A stretch of DNA of 64,000 bases from Candidatus Omnitrophota bacterium (GCA_043812495.1 JBDRMG010000008.1:1516-65515); one strand, 5' to 3'; positions 1 to 9,353 are shown, counted from the stretch's first letter. Numbers and translations: made by a program. Notes: generated by a model from the letters alone, not told the origin.

Positions 1-2
1 TC

Positions 3-656
3 AAAATCGGAGAAAATATCGCTAAGCAATTCGCGAAAGAATTTGAGATGAGCGCCGACACCGAACTCAACGCAAAAGTAGCGCGGATCGGCCGTCGCCT
101 TACCGATATTTGCGACCGCAAAGAACTGGTCTATATCTTTCGGGTTATCAATGAAGACAAAGTGAATGCCGTGAGCCTGCCCGGCGGCTTTATTTACGTC
201 TTTCAAGGACTCATCGACCACGTGGAGACGGATGATGAACTGGCCTCTGTCATGGCTCATGAAATCGGGCATATCACAGCCAGACATGCCATAAAAAAGC
301 TGCAGAGCCTCTATGGCTATACGTTCTTAAAGCTTCTTACGATTCAGACACAAAGCGCGGCACTTTCCCAGGGCCTAGACGCCGCGTTTGCAACAGCCTT
401 CACGGAATATTCTCTGGAAGACGAATTTCTTGCCGATAAACTTGCGGTTAAATATCTTCAAGAAGCAGGGTATGATCCTCGGGCGGTCGTGACCTTCTTA
501 GCGAAATTAAGAGAGATACAACAAAAAGAACCTTCCAGGCCATTGAGCTATTGGCGGACCCATCCTTATATCACCCAGAGAATTTCTGCGGCCAATCAGG
601 TCCTGACCGGCCGATTAGAATTTAAAGATTATATTAACCTTATGGGGGAACAATGA
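3..656 (+). CDS. M48-family zinc metalloprotease (5' truncated by window edge)
   Basis: VNAVSLPGGFIYV, ELASVMAHEIGH (HExxH), EFLAD and THP motifs; the frame is open from position 3, upstream of the ATG at 48. Confidence 0.9.
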   Translation, partial: KIGENIAKQFAKEFEMSADTELNAKVARIGRRLTDICDRKELVYIFRVINEDKVNAVSLPGGFIYVFQGLIDHVETDDELASVMAHEIGHITARHAIKKLQSLYGYTFLKLLTIQTQSAALSQGLDAAFATAFTEYSLEDEFLADKLAVKYLQEAGYDPRAVVTFLAKLREIQQKEPSRPLSYWRTHPYITQRISAANQVLTGRLEFKDYINLMGEQ

Positions 657-1114
657 TGAGCCAATCGATTTGTCAACGAACAATCGTCGCAAGTTTATGC
701 CTTTTGATCCTTACGTCTTGCCATAAGGCCACAGAAAGCACGAATCGGGTATGTTTGGGGGGCCGTTGCTTTGAAGTGGAACTCGCTAGAAAACCAAAAG
801 ACATGATACGCGGTCTGCAGTTTCGAACATCCTTAGGGGGAAATGAAGGCATGCTTTTCATCTTTCCGACAGAAGGGGTTCATGAATTCTGGATGAAAGA
901 TACGCTGATTCCTCTGGACATGGTTTGGTTGGATAAGAACAAAAGGGTGATCGAAGTGGTTCGCGATCGCCCGCCTTGTTTGAAAGAACCTTGCCCTGTG
1001 TTCGGACCACGGGCTTATTCGAAATATGTCCTTGAAGTGAACGCAGGAACCATGCAGCCCTTGGGCGTAGAATCGGGCGACCAGGCTGTCTTTCATCTGA
1101 AGGACGGCGAATAG
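653..1114 (+). CDS. DUF192-family exported protein, possible lipoprotein
   Basis: RGLQFR..GMLFIF..FWMKDTLIPLDMVW..YVLEVNAG motifs; signal-like N-terminus with LTSC. Confidence 0.9.
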   Translation: MMSQSICQRTIVASLCLLILTSCHKATESTNRVCLGGRCFEVELARKPKDMIRGLQFRTSLGGNEGMLFIFPTEGVHEFWMKDTLIPLDMVWLDKNKRVIEVVRDRPPCLKEPCPVFGPRAYSKYVLEVNAGTMQPLGVESGDQAVFHLKDGE

Positions 1115-1201
1115 GGTGTTTGTTTTGTGCGCATCCTGCTATCTGAGCAAAATGATGCTTTAAATGGTAGAATCGACTCGGTGTCAATGTTAGAATAAAT
1201 C

Positions 1202-2695
1202 ATGACTATCCGCCTCGACATTTTTAATTACCATCATTATACGTTTAATCCTTATTTCACCCCGCCTTTTCTTGTTGCCTGCCTTGTTTTGTGTTTGGGT
1301 TTCTTTATACTGAGTCTTGAAAAGAAATCCCCTTTAAACCGATCGTTTCTTTATTTTTGTTTGAGCACCGCCTTGTATCTTCTCGGGCAGTCTTTTGTTT
1401 TGTGCACAAAGTTTTTTCCAGCGATTCTTTTTTGGTCCCATGTGATGTATACGGGGCTTATTTTTATGTCTGTAACGATTTTCCATGTTTCCGTAGCCCA
1501 CACCGATCGCTTTGACTGGGAGAAGCGCTCCGTTATTTTACTTTATTGTCTGGCTTTACTTCTCTGGATTCTTCTTTTGGGCGGAAGGTGCATGACGGGT
1601 TTTCGCCAATATCCATGTGGTTATTGCGTTGATGCCCCCTGTATTTTGTCTGTGCTTCTGGTGTTTCTCTTGCTTGCCTTGACGCTGGGTATTATAAATC
1701 TGATCAGTTATTATCGATATGCGACAACTAGACGGGCACAAAAAAGAACAGTCAATTTGATGGTGATTTTTGTTTTTGCGGGTTTGAGTAGCGTTGATGT
1801 TTTGCAAAGTTACGGGATTAAAATTTATCCCCTGGGGTATGTTGCCATTTTATGCGTTGTGTTTGGCATCACCTATTCGATTGTTAAATATCATGCCTTG
1901 ATGTCAGAGCGCTACGCAAAGGAGCTCAAACGAGAAGTGGATAAAAAGACCCAAGAATTATCACAAACGATTGCGCAGCTCAAAGCGACGCAGGTTCGCC
2001 TTTTGGAAACGGGAAAAATATCCGCCATGGCCTCTTTAAGTGCAGGGATTTTGCATCAGATCACCCAGCCGATTACGGCCATCCACGGGCTTGTCAAATT
2101 CATGAGAAAAGAGATGAAGGAGACGGACCCCTTTTTGAAGCCAGTCAAAATCATGGACGAACAGACCGCTTACTTAAAGGATATGCTGGAAGATTTGATG
2201 GAGTTGATTCGCCATAGACAGATCAAAAAAGGCACCGTGGATGTCAACTTTTGTCTTAAGAAGACGCTGGAACTTTTGGCGGATGAATTGAGGATTCGCC
2301 GCGTCGATCTGCAGGTCACTATGGCAGACCATCTGCCGCCTGTTTATGCTGACGCTATTCATTTGCAGCAAATTTTTATGAATATCGTGGTCAATGCCAT
2401 TCAGGCTTTGGGGACATTGCCCAAAGGAGAGACACGTCGGCTCCTTATCGTCTCCCGTATTGATCGCAATGACGGTCAGATCATGGTGGCTTTTAAAGAC
2501 ACGGCGGGCGGCTTAAGTGAAGAGGACCGACAAAGTATTTTTGAACCGTTTTTCTCCACGAAAACAAAAGGCTCAGGAATTGGTCTGGCCCTATGCGAAG
2601 ATCTTATTGCGGAACACGGAGGAACGATTGATGTGCAAAACAAGCTTGGAGAAGGGGCAACGTTTATCGTAAAACTTCCTCCGAAAAAAGAGTAA
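1202..2695 (+). CDS. Membrane sensor histidine kinase (7TM N-terminus, HisKA, HATPase)
   Basis: About 7 hydrophobic segments; H-box GILHQITQP, N-box NIVVNAIQA, IFEPFFSTK, GSGIGL. Confidence 0.9.
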   Translation: MTIRLDIFNYHHYTFNPYFTPPFLVACLVLCLGFFILSLEKKSPLNRSFLYFCLSTALYLLGQSFVLCTKFFPAILFWSHVMYTGLIFMSVTIFHVSVAHTDRFDWEKRSVILLYCLALLLWILLLGGRCMTGFRQYPCGYCVDAPCILSVLLVFLLLALTLGIINLISYYRYATTRRAQKRTVNLMVIFVFAGLSSVDVLQSYGIKIYPLGYVAILCVVFGITYSIVKYHALMSERYAKELKREVDKKTQELSQTIAQLKATQVRLLETGKISAMASLSAGILHQITQPITAIHGLVKFMRKEMKETDPFLKPVKIMDEQTAYLKDMLEDLMELIRHRQIKKGTVDVNFCLKKTLELLADELRIRRVDLQVTMADHLPPVYADAIHLQQIFMNIVVNAIQALGTLPKGETRRLLIVSRIDRNDGQIMVAFKDTAGGLSEEDRQSIFEPFFSTKTKGSGIGLALCEDLIAEHGGTIDVQNKLGEGATFIVKLPPKKE

Positions 2696-2750
2696 AATAT
2701 CGAATAAATTCATTTTTTATTTTATAATATTTATGGAAATATTATTATTT

Positions 2751-2874
2751 CATTTGCTTAATTCCTCGCCCCGCTGCTTTCTTGCGAAAGCAGAAAGCGG
2801 GGCGAGGTCAATTCGGCCATGCACTTATGTTCTGCCGACTAATCGTCGGCATCCATAAGTGCAGGCCTCATTGA
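2751..2874 (+). repeat. Dispersed modular hairpin element, family A, copy 1
   Basis: CATTTGCTTA-[hairpin]-GTCAATTCGGCCATGCACTTATGTTC-[hairpin]-CCATAAGTGCAGGCCTCATTGA; same scaffold at 19484, 44394, 45868. Confidence 0.9.
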
Positions 2875-2894
2875 TCAAGAGGAACGAGGAAAGT

Positions 2895-3269
2895 ATGGCG
2901 GACAAGCTTAAGATATTAGTAGTGGATGATAAAAAAGTCATTGGTGATCTTTTTGACTATACCCTGGGCTATCGGGGTCACGAAATCACTGTGGTGGACA
3001 ATGTCCAGAAGACGCTAGAGGCCATCAAAAAAGAAAAGTACGATATTGTTTTCTTAGATATTGTCATTCCGGACACCGATGGCGTCGAAATATTCAAAAA
3101 AATAAAAGAAGTCGCTCCCGACCTTCCGATTGTTATGATGAGCGGTTATTCGGTTGAAGAGAGAAGGAAAGAAGCGATTGAAATGGGCGCTGTTGCCTGC
3201 TTGGTCAAGCCTTTTGAGATGGAGGAAGTCAGAAGAATTATCAAGGGAGTATTAGCGAAAGAAGTTTAA
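2895..3269 (+). CDS. Single-domain response regulator (CheY-like receiver)
   Basis: ILVVDD, FLDIVIPDTDG, MMSG, KPF; GAGGA RBS before ATG 2895. Confidence 0.9.
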   Translation: MADKLKILVVDDKKVIGDLFDYTLGYRGHEITVVDNVQKTLEAIKKEKYDIVFLDIVIPDTDGVEIFKKIKEVAPDLPIVMMSGYSVEERRKEAIEMGAVACLVKPFEMEEVRRIIKGVLAKEV

Positions 3270-3282
3270 ATTCTGATTAATC

Positions 3283-3317
3283 AAAAACCCTGCATGATTC
3301 CTCTCTGCAGGGTTTTT
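3283..3317. terminator. Probable bidirectional rho-independent terminator
   Basis: AAAAACCCTGCA-loop-TGCAGGGTTTTT between convergent genes. Confidence 0.8.
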
Positions 3318-3340
3318 GCTTTGGACCAAAACAAGGCGTT

Positions 3341-4723
3341 TTATTGATAAAAATTCAGAGCCGCTTCGCCAATCGTTTCCGAAAGCGTCGGATGCGGATA
3401 AATACTTGAGGCAATATCGGACACTTTGAGTCCCTGATCGACGGCGATGACGCCCTGCGCGATCAACTCGCCGGCGCCCACCCCGACAATACCCATTCCT
3501 AAGATTTTCTCTGATTGAGGATCCACAATAATTTTCGTTAAGCCGTCATTGCGCTTAAGCGTTGTGGCGCGTCCCGAGGCCATCCATGAGAATTTTTCTA
3601 TTTTAACTGGACGATTTTCTTTTTTAGCTTGAGTTTCAGATAAGCCGCAGGTCGCGATTTCGGGATCCGTAAAGACAACCGCCGGAATAGTTCGAATCCG
3701 TGCAACGTTGGTCTGACCGGCGATCACTTCGACGGCCATGCGCGCTTCAGCCGATGCTTTGTGGGCAAGCATGGGCGGACCTGTAACGTCACCAATCGCA
3801 AAAATAGAAGGGTCGTCGGTTTGGCATTTCTCGTTGGCTTTGATAAATCCGTCTTCATCCATTTGTGCTTGCGTGTTTTCTAATCCACAATGCTCCGTGT
3901 TGGGTTGCCGACCGACCGCCATCAATATTTTCTCGAACTCTTCTTCTGTCGTTTCTTTTTTCTCATTTTCCCATTTGGCACAAAGGCTGTTGTCTTTCTT
4001 ATGAATATCAATGAGTTTTGCTTGAAGATGTAGCGTTTTAAAAGTTTTATGTAAGCGTTTTTGTAAAACAGCCATCAAATCGGAATCTATACCGGCTAAC
4101 CATTGGCCGGTCATTTCTATAATCGTGACTTGCGATCCCAGGCGGGCATAAACGGTCCCGAGCTCAAGACCGATATAGCCGCCGCCTACAACCAGAAGGG
4201 TACGGGGAATATCATTGAGCTGCAAGGCTGATTGAGAATCAAGTAGGCAAGAAGAATCCCTTTTGATCCAAGAAGGCATGATTGGACGGGAACCTGTAGC
4301 GATAATGGCTTTGTCGAATGAAAGTTTTTCTTCGCACCCATCAGATTTTCTAATGAGAAGTGAAGACGAATCAAGAAAAGAGGCCTCCCCTTGGATGAGC
4401 GAGATACCCTGTTTTTTGATCAAATGATGAAGTCCGGCATATAATTTCTGAATGACGCTTTGGTTCCAGCTTCTGAGCTTTGCCCAATCGAGCTTTGCAG
4501 AGAATTCAATTCCAAAATCATTCGCCTCTTTAGATTCTGAAAGTAATTTGGCCACATGCAGTAAGGCCTTGGAGGGAATGCAGCCTTCATGAAGACAGAT
4601 GCCCCCGACCTTTTGGGCTTCAATCAGTGTGACATCGACTCCAAATTTGGCTGCTTGCAAAGCCGCTGTGACGCCGCCTGGGCCGCTTCCGATAATCGCA
4701 CAAGATGTTGTTTTTTTCTGCAT
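3341..4723 (-). CDS. lpdA: Dihydrolipoamide dehydrogenase (E3)
   Basis: GSGPGG, GGICLHEGCIPSK redox disulfide, GGGYIGLE, C-terminal HPTLSE; start at ATG 4723 or GTG 4747. Confidence 0.93.
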   Translation of the reverse strand: MQKKTTSCAIIGSGPGGVTAALQAAKFGVDVTLIEAQKVGGICLHEGCIPSKALLHVAKLLSESKEANDFGIEFSAKLDWAKLRSWNQSVIQKLYAGLHHLIKKQGISLIQGEASFLDSSSLLIRKSDGCEEKLSFDKAIIATGSRPIMPSWIKRDSSCLLDSQSALQLNDIPRTLLVVGGGYIGLELGTVYARLGSQVTIIEMTGQWLAGIDSDLMAVLQKRLHKTFKTLHLQAKLIDIHKKDNSLCAKWENEKKETTEEEFEKILMAVGRQPNTEHCGLENTQAQMDEDGFIKANEKCQTDDPSIFAIGDVTGPPMLAHKASAEARMAVEVIAGQTNVARIRTIPAVVFTDPEIATCGLSETQAKKENRPVKIEKFSWMASGRATTLKRNDGLTKIIVDPQSEKILGMGIVGVGAGELIAQGVIAVDQGLKVSDIASSIYPHPTLSETIGEAALNFYQ

Positions 4724-4876
4724 CGTCTTGATGAATTTTTTAACCACGAACTAAGTTTGAGAATATTGTATTACGCGTATGAACCAAGCGCAAGGATAAT
4801 TTGGCTATCCTGTTACATTTTTTATATTCAGCGTCTTGTTGAACCCCTTCGGGAAACATGATAGAATTTGAATACT

Positions 4877-5574
4877 ATGAAATCCATTGTCGTGACGCCC
4901 ACCTATAATGAACGGGACAATATCCAATCTTTCATTGAAGAAATTCTCAAAGTCAGCCCCGAATGCCATGTGTGCATTGTGGATGATCGATCTCCGGATG
5001 GAACAGGGCAGCTTGTTGAGGAGCTTTCCAAGAACGACGGACGAGTTCATGTGATTCACCGCACGGGAGAGCGCGGAAGAGGATTAGCGGATTTTGACGG
5101 TATCAGATTTGCGGTTGAGAACAATTTTGATTTTATTATTTCTATGGATGCCGATTTTTCTCATCAACCTTTTTTATTCCAAAGTTTCTAGAAGCGATCG
5201 AACATCATGACATTGTGATTGGTTCAAGGTTGATCCCCGGAGGAAAGATCGCGGGCCGAGGGCTTGGGCGCAATATCGTTACGCAGATGGCCAATCTTTA
5301 TATTCGCCTCATTCTCGGACTAAAAGCCAAAGATTGCACGTCAGGTTTTCGATGTTATAAAAAAGAAGTTTTGAATTCGATTCCTCTAAAGCATATGATT
5401 TCCAAAGGACCGTCCTCTTTAGAAGAGATACTCTACGCGTGCCAGAAAAAAGGTTTTAATATTTATGAAATTCCTATTACGTTTGTTGATCGAAGAAAAG
5501 GAAAATCCAAATTAGACCTTAAAGAACTCCTGAAAGTATTTTGGTCGATTCTAAGAATCCGATTTCAATCATGA
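4877..5574 (+). pseudogene. Polyprenol-phosphate mannose synthase-like GT2, split by a 1-nt frameshift in a T6 run at 5170-5175
   Basis: PTYNERDNI, VDDRSPDGT and MDADFSHQP in one frame; IGSR and DCTSGFRCY in another; adding one T restores HQPFFIPKFLEAIEHHDIVIGSR. May be a sequencing error. Confidence 0.8.
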
Positions 5575-7301
5575 AGAAAAGCATGTCTTTCTCAAGCTTG
5601 AGTAACGGCTGGCTCATTGCCCTATTGGTTTTGGCAACATGCTTGGCTTACGGGCGATTTTTGGATAATCAATTTATTTGGGATGATTATCTTGTGCTTA
5701 AAAAGAATTCCTTTGTCCATTCTTGGAAGAATTTTCCTAAACTTTTCAGTCCCGAGTACATTACATCCCCCTCTCAGGTCTATGATGTTGGCAAGAAAGA
5801 TATCGGAGCCGGAGAACTGACCTACCGTCCCGTTTCGACGTTAACGTATTTTATTGAGTTTTCCTTTTGGCAGAAAAACCCCCTTGGGTATCATTTAACC
5901 AATCTTTTTCTACATATCTTAAATGTACTTTTAGTGTTTTGGTTCGTTCGTTTATTAAGCAAGGAACGAATGATTTCATTCGTCGCAGCCCTCATCTTTG
6001 CCCTTCATCCGGTTGGCTCAGAAGTTGTTTACAATATTTCTTTTCGGGAAGATCTCCTCGCATGCTTTTTTTGCCTGTTATCCTTTATTTTCTATATTCG
6101 CCTTGATTTGAAAGAAGGCCTTAAGAAAACGTTTTTCTATTCCCTATCTGTTCTGTTTTATTTTCTAGGCATTTTTTCTAAAGAAATGGCGATCACCTTG
6201 CCTATTCTACTTGTTGTTCACGATATCTATATTGCATTGCCGGGCGGGCGGACTCAATTATTCCAACGGATAAAATCGCGCTATTTCGGCTATATCCTGG
6301 TGACTTTATTTTATCTTTGGGTTTGGTTCTTTCCCATGGCGCGTCATCCGGAAGAAATGATTACTTATCCCTGCGAAAGCCTTTTTCTTAATATCCTAAC
6401 TATGATAAAGGTGTTTGCCAATTATGTATATTGGCTTTTCTTGCCCTTCACGGTTCACGCGACCATTCCTGATGGGGCCTATTTTGTGCGGACAGTTTTT
6501 GCATGGGATGTTCTTCTATCCTTTTTGGTCATCATTCTTTCTTTGATTTATGCGGTCCAAACATTCAAGACAAATCGTACGATTTGTTTCGGTTTGACAT
6601 GGTTTTTCATCGTACTTCTGCCGGTTTCCAATATTCTTCCTATCCAGAATATTATTGCGGCGAGGTATCTTTATCTTCCTATGGTCGGATTTTGTCTCGT
6701 GATCAGTTATTTCTTCTTCGGGATTCTCCTCAAGAGCCAATTTTTGGGAAGAAGTATTTATAAGACAACCATCAAGAGTTCATTGATAGGCCTTATGGTT
6801 TGTTATGTGTTGCTGACCTTTGCCAGAGGCTATACGTGGAGAAATGATATTACGCTATGGAAGGAAATTGTTCGTTTCTATCCTCAGAGTATTAGGGCTC
6901 ATAAGAGCTTGGCCTTTATCTATGCCAATGAGGGTTTTAAGGACAAAGCGATTCAAGAGTATTCTCAAGCCAAGAAATTGAACCCCAATGATGTTGAAGC
7001 CCGCTATGCATTAGGCCAGCTTTTTCTTTTTCAGGGAATCTTAGATAAGGCTCAAGAAGAGTTTCAGGCCGTTATTGAGCGTGATAAAAAAATGGACATT
7101 GCTTATAATAATTACTGCATGGCATTGTATTATAATCAAAGGCAGGATGAATCGATCACGTGTTTCCTCAAGATGATTGAGGAGCATCCGGGCTCTGCAA
7201 AGCCATATGAGAATCTTGGGATGATTTATGAAAAGATGGGTAAGGCCCAAGAAGCCCGAAAGATGCGGGATAAAGCCCGCCAGATAGAAGAGAATAATTG
7301 A
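5571..7301 (+). CDS. TMTC-like GT-C membrane glycosyltransferase with C-terminal TPR repeats
   Basis: FIWDD, YRP, YHLTNLFLH, FALHP..E.V, SKEMAITLP, ARYLYLP, WRNDITLW followed by TPRs. Confidence 0.82.
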   Translation: MKKSMSFSSLSNGWLIALLVLATCLAYGRFLDNQFIWDDYLVLKKNSFVHSWKNFPKLFSPEYITSPSQVYDVGKKDIGAGELTYRPVSTLTYFIEFSFWQKNPLGYHLTNLFLHILNVLLVFWFVRLLSKERMISFVAALIFALHPVGSEVVYNISFREDLLACFFCLLSFIFYIRLDLKEGLKKTFFYSLSVLFYFLGIFSKEMAITLPILLVVHDIYIALPGGRTQLFQRIKSRYFGYILVTLFYLWVWFFPMARHPEEMITYPCESLFLNILTMIKVFANYVYWLFLPFTVHATIPDGAYFVRTVFAWDVLLSFLVIILSLIYAVQTFKTNRTICFGLTWFFIVLLPVSNILPIQNIIAARYLYLPMVGFCLVISYFFFGILLKSQFLGRSIYKTTIKSSLIGLMVCYVLLTFARGYTWRNDITLWKEIVRFYPQSIRAHKSLAFIYANEGFKDKAIQEYSQAKKLNPNDVEARYALGQLFLFQGILDKAQEEFQAVIERDKKMDIAYNNYCMALYYNQRQDESITCFLKMIEEHPGSAKPYENLGMIYEKMGKAQEARKMRDKARQIEENN

Positions 7302-7344
7302 TTTTGAGAATCGATTTACTTTTGAATTTTATGCGGAAGGAGAG

Positions 7345-7432
7345 ATTTGCCTGCCTCATCCGCCAATTCTGCCAAAGGCAGAATTGGCGGATGGGTGAGG
7401 TCTCGCCCCGCCTTAGGCGGGGCGGAAACTCT
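7345..7432. repeat. Two GC-rich hairpins downstream of tRNA-Leu
   Basis: Perfect 17-bp stem CATCCGCCAATTCTGCC-AAA-GGCAGAATTGGCGGATG (7357-7393) and CGCCCCGCC-TTA-GGCGGGGCG (7404-7424). Confidence 0.75.
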
Positions 7433-7443
7433 TTAGAAAAAAA

Positions 7444-7527
7444 TGCCGAAGGTGGGACTCGAACCCACATGGCCGCGAAGCCACACGCCCCTGAAACGTG
7501 CGTGTCTACCAATTTCACCACTTCGGC
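7444..7527 (-). tRNA. tRNA-Leu(CAG), CCA not encoded
   Basis: Reverse complement GCCGAAGTGGTGAAATTGGTAGACACG-CACGT-TTCAGGG-GCGTG, long variable arm, GGTTCGAGTCC, CTTCGGCA. Confidence 0.96.
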
Positions 7528-7574
7528 TCGTCTTCGCAAAACAGCTTTAGCTCAGTATTTAAAAATTCCGTCTC

Positions 7575-7603
7575 AGTATACCCGCAAATTATTTTTCTGT
7601 CAA
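7575..7603 (-). promoter_or_regulatory. Sigma70 promoter for tRNA-Leu
   Basis: TTGACA-17 nt-TATACT on the minus strand. Confidence 0.75.
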
Positions 7604-7624
7604 TATGGCGTTCTGTCAAACGGA

Positions 7625-7652
7625 TTGCCATCAAATCACTTTATGATATAAT
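7625..7652 (+). promoter_or_regulatory. Sigma70 promoter for the AEC transporter-smpB genes
   Basis: TTGCCA-16 nt-TATAAT, ending 11 nt before ATG 7664. Confidence 0.6.
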
Positions 7653-7663
7653 ACGACCTAGCC

Positions 7664-8611
7664 ATGTTGCCTATTTCTTTTCAAACACTCTCGGCGGCTA
7701 TTCTGCAAATTCTTTTAATGGGCGCCTGCGGTTATATGCTGTTTAAAAAACGGCTCATCGATGAGGCGGGGTTGGATCTTCTGACGCGGCTTTTGATGAA
7801 TTTCTTCCTGCCGATCTTTATGTTTTATCAGCTGACCCAAAGGTTTCGGTTTTCCGTTTATCCGGATTGGTGGCTGTATCCGGTCTTGAGTTTTATCATT
7901 ACAGCGGTGGCCTTGGTGCTTAGCCGTTTGGTTCTTGCACTTAGCCAAAAAGTGAAATGCCCAAAGGAATTTATCAGCCTTTGTGTCTTCCAGAATTCCG
8001 GTTATATTCCTTTAATTTTAGTAGCGACTCTTTTTGAAGGACAACAGGCGGAAGATTTATTTGTCTATATTTTTCTATTTCTCATCGGCTTTAATCTGAC
8101 GATGTGGTCCCTGGGAACGTGGTTTGTCGCAAGTCAGAAAACGTCAAGATTTCAGATAAGAGAATTCTTTAATCCGCCTCTAATCGCCCTCTTGATCGCA
8201 TTTGGCTTGATTGCCTTAGGGTGGCAGCGTTTTGTGCCGCCGTTAATTCTGAAGCCCATGAAATTATTCAGTCAGTGTGTTTTTCCTCTGGCGATGATTA
8301 TGGTCGGAGGAAATCTGGGGCGCATACAAGTAAACGATATCCGCCCCAAAGAGATCATTCCGTTGGTGCTAACAAAATTGATCTTGCTTCCGCTTTGTGG
8401 CCTAGGAATAATTCTTCTTTTTCGTCTTCAGGGTCCCATGGCGTTTATTCTCATCCTGGAAACAGCCGTTCCGAGCGCGATTTCTTTGTCGATTATTTCC
8501 CGCCATTATCAAGTGGAGGAGTGCCTGATTAATCAGGGATTGCTGTTCACGCATTTAGCGAGCATTGTGACCATCCCTACGTTTCTCTCAATCTATAATT
8601 TGCTCCAATAA
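7664..8611 (+). CDS. AEC (auxin efflux carrier)-family transporter
   Basis: About 10 TM segments; FQNSGYIPL, NPPLIA, PLAMIMVG, ETAVPSA. Confidence 0.88.
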   Translation: MLPISFQTLSAAILQILLMGACGYMLFKKRLIDEAGLDLLTRLLMNFFLPIFMFYQLTQRFRFSVYPDWWLYPVLSFIITAVALVLSRLVLALSQKVKCPKEFISLCVFQNSGYIPLILVATLFEGQQAEDLFVYIFLFLIGFNLTMWSLGTWFVASQKTSRFQIREFFNPPLIALLIAFGLIALGWQRFVPPLILKPMKLFSQCVFPLAMIMVGGNLGRIQVNDIRPKEIIPLVLTKLILLPLCGLGIILLFRLQGPMAFILILETAVPSAISLSIISRHYQVEECLINQGLLFTHLASIVTIPTFLSIYNLLQ

Positions 8612-8613
8612 AT

Positions 8614-9075
8614 ATGGACCCAAAAAAAATAGCGACGAACAAAAAGGCCTTTCGTGATTATTTTTTTAGCGAAAAATGGGAGTGCGGCCTTGAACTCAAA
8701 GGAAGCGAGGTCAAATCTCTGCGGGCAAGTGAGGTGAGCTTTACCGATAGCTTTGCGCGCGTCGAACAGGGCCAGGTGATTCTTTACAATCTGCATATTG
8801 CTCCGTATCAACAGGGCAGTTATTTTAATCTGGAACCGACTCGACCGCGTCGGCTTCTTTTGCATAAAAAAGAAATCATGAGAATCGAAACTCATATGTC
8901 CCAAAAAGGACTGGCCCTGATTCCGACACGTATTTATTTCAACAGACGTGGCCTTGCCAAAGTGGAGCTGGCCTTGGGCCGCGGCAAGAAGCTTTTTGAC
9001 AAGCGGGAAGACATCAAGAAAAGAGATGTCGACCGCGAGATCAAACGCGCCGTACGGCATCAGCGCAAGCGTTAG
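8614..9075 (+). CDS. smpB: SsrA-binding protein
   Basis: IATNKKAFRDY, LKGSEVKSLR, LLLHKKEI, GKKLFDKRE. Confidence 0.98.
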   Translation: MDPKKIATNKKAFRDYFFSEKWECGLELKGSEVKSLRASEVSFTDSFARVEQGQVILYNLHIAPYQQGSYFNLEPTRPRRLLLHKKEIMRIETHMSQKGLALIPTRIYFNRRGLAKVELALGRGKKLFDKREDIKKRDVDREIKRAVRHQRKR

Positions 9076-9092
9076 CCCCTCCAAAAGTATTT

Positions 9093-9121
9093 TTGCATAC
9101 CTGCCTTTCTTCGAGTATAAT
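9093..9121 (+). promoter_or_regulatory. Sigma70 promoter, likely for ssrA
   Basis: TTGCAT-17 nt-TATAAT. Confidence 0.7.
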
Positions 9122-9208
9122 TACCATAGAAAATAAACTCCTATCCTGCTCTTTTCTATACGCTCAACGCTATACGCTTTACGCTAAGTTCGGGGGTGAC
9201 AAGGTCTC

Positions 9209-9321
9209 GACTCTGCTTCGCCCAAATGTTTTCACGTTGGGCTTCGCAGAGTCTTCACAGGCAATAATAGGCGAAGCAGCCCTACGAAGCTCCCAAACGA
9301 AAGTTTTGGAGCGAAGTGGGG
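9209..9321. repeat. Family B CTTCG-hairpin inverted doublet following a diverged copy of the tmRNA 5' end
   Basis: GACTCTG-CTTCG-CCCAA..TTGGG-CTTCG-CAGAGTC (9209-9253) and an inverted unit CCCTA-CGAAG-CTCC..GGAG-CGAAG-TGGG (9280-9320). Confidence 0.8.
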
Positions 9322-9353
9322 TAAATATAGACTTTTATTGTTCTTTAAAATTT

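Noticed and set aside
2859-2894. Upstream starts for the receiver (2859) and likewise cusA (45979)
   Set aside because: They lie inside family A repeats; downstream ATGs at 2895 and 45997 match family N-termini.
7168-7746. ORFs 7168..7539, 7298..7651 and 7498..7746
   Set aside because: They overlap tRNA-Leu, its promoter and GC-rich hairpins, and show no protein motifs.
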